From: an uncultured Actinomycetes bacterium
GTDB lineage: Bacteria > Actinomycetota > CADDZG01 > WHSQ01
Reading direction: 5' to 3'
Assembly: GCA_937863385.1 (NCBI GenBank)
Contig: CALMBW010000003.1
Span: forward strand, 62,300-86,299
Length of the DNA: 24,000 bases
This document shows, in pieces, positions 23,555 through 24,000 of the stretch; position 1 is the stretch's first letter; each line of letters begins with the position of its first letter. A program made the position numbers and the translations under genes. The notes beneath the pieces were generated by a model that did not search any database, was not told where the DNA came from, and saw only the letters and a list, made by a program, of their open reading frames with translations.

Positions 23555-24000
23555 ATGGCGCAACGAAAGATCCTGGTCGTAGAAGACGAGCGTTCCATCG
23601 CCGAGGCGGTCGCCGACCGTCTGGGGGCCGAAGGCTTCAAGGTATCTATCGCAAGCGACGGACCGTCGGCGGTGACGATGTGCGCCGAACAAGATCCCGA
23701 CCTGGTGGTACTGGATCTGATGCTGCCGGGGTTCGACGGCTTGGAGGTGTGCCGCCGCATCCAGGCCGACAAGCCGGTGCCGGTGATCATGTTGACGGCT
23801 CGGGACTCCGAGACCGACAAGCTGGTCGGACTCGGCGTCGGTGCCGACGACTACATGACCAAGCCATTCTCGGTGCGCGAGTTGGTAGCGCGCATCCATG
23901 CCCTTCTGCGGCGGATCGAGCGCACGACTTCATCGGCCGAAGGGCCGGTCCACATGGGCGACATCACGATCGACCCGGCCCGGCGGCGCGTGATTCGCAA
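23555..24000 (+). CDS. OmpR/PhoB-family two-component response regulator (3' end outside window)
   Basis: My translation from ATG 23555 is MAQRKILVVEDERSIAEAV...DLVVLDLMLPGFDGLEVCRRI...PVIMLTARDSETDKLVGLGVGADDYMTKPFSVRELVARIHALLRR, followed by the beginning of the winged-helix domain. It is not in the track because it runs off the edge. Confidence 0.9.
   Translation, partial: MAQRKILVVEDERSIAEAVADRLGAEGFKVSIASDGPSAVTMCAEQDPDLVVLDLMLPGFDGLEVCRRIQADKPVPVIMLTARDSETDKLVGLGVGADDYMTKPFSVRELVARIHALLRRIERTTSSAEGPVHMGDITIDPARRRVIR

Noticed and set aside
1-24000. Search for tRNA, rRNA, CRISPR repeats, IS elements, integrases and defence-system hallmark genes
   Set aside because: I saw no cloverleaf-compatible segments in the intergenic spacers and no regularly spaced direct repeats. 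No transposase or recombinase-like ORFs were present, and neither were nuclease, helicase or methylase motifs. The window is essentially core metabolism plus the islands described.

Overview
This is a high-GC, tightly packed, actinobacterium-like chromosomal window, and it is mostly core central metabolism. No database search or computation was run; family calls rest on motifs I could read in the translations.

Almost all genes lie on the minus strand. Read 5'->3' on that strand they are:
- lpdA (E3), pyruvate kinase, a 2-oxoacid dehydrogenase E2, lipB, E1-alpha, E1-beta
- a PD40/TolB-like beta-propeller lipoprotein
- lipA, an RlpA-like DPBB protein and a small lipoprotein
- a 4-gene carbohydrate-type ABC importer (permease, binding protein, ATPase, permease)
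- an SDR oxidoreductase and a 7Fe ferredoxin
- a small SH3-like ORF, korA/korB (2-oxoacid:ferredoxin oxidoreductase) and a small acidic ORF
- a ThDP-dependent acetolactate-synthase-family enzyme, which runs off the left edge

An OmpR-family response regulator runs off the right edge on the plus strand. I saw no rRNA, tRNA, CRISPR array, transposase or integrase.

The non-routine content sits at the three internal strand-switch islands:
1. 20.4-21.9 kb holds a tandem pair of paralogous genes of a family I cannot assign. The upstream copy is broken by one frameshift and one in-frame TGA. The two copies are separated by a 78-nt relic of a second E3 (lpdA-like) C-terminus, which marks a duplication or deletion junction.
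2. 13.3-14.4 kb holds a visibly AT-richer PD40 propeller gene. It abuts a frameshifted, truncated remnant of a pyridoxamine-5'-phosphate-oxidase-like gene, and it lies together with E1-alpha/beta inside the actinobacterial E2-lipB-lipA neighbourhood.
3. 6.3-7.5 kb holds a second PD40 paralogue behind an unusually long AT-richer intergenic region.

I found no convincing defence, toxin or mobile system. The tandem unknown-family pair is the best candidate for something undescribed, and the evidence for it is modest.
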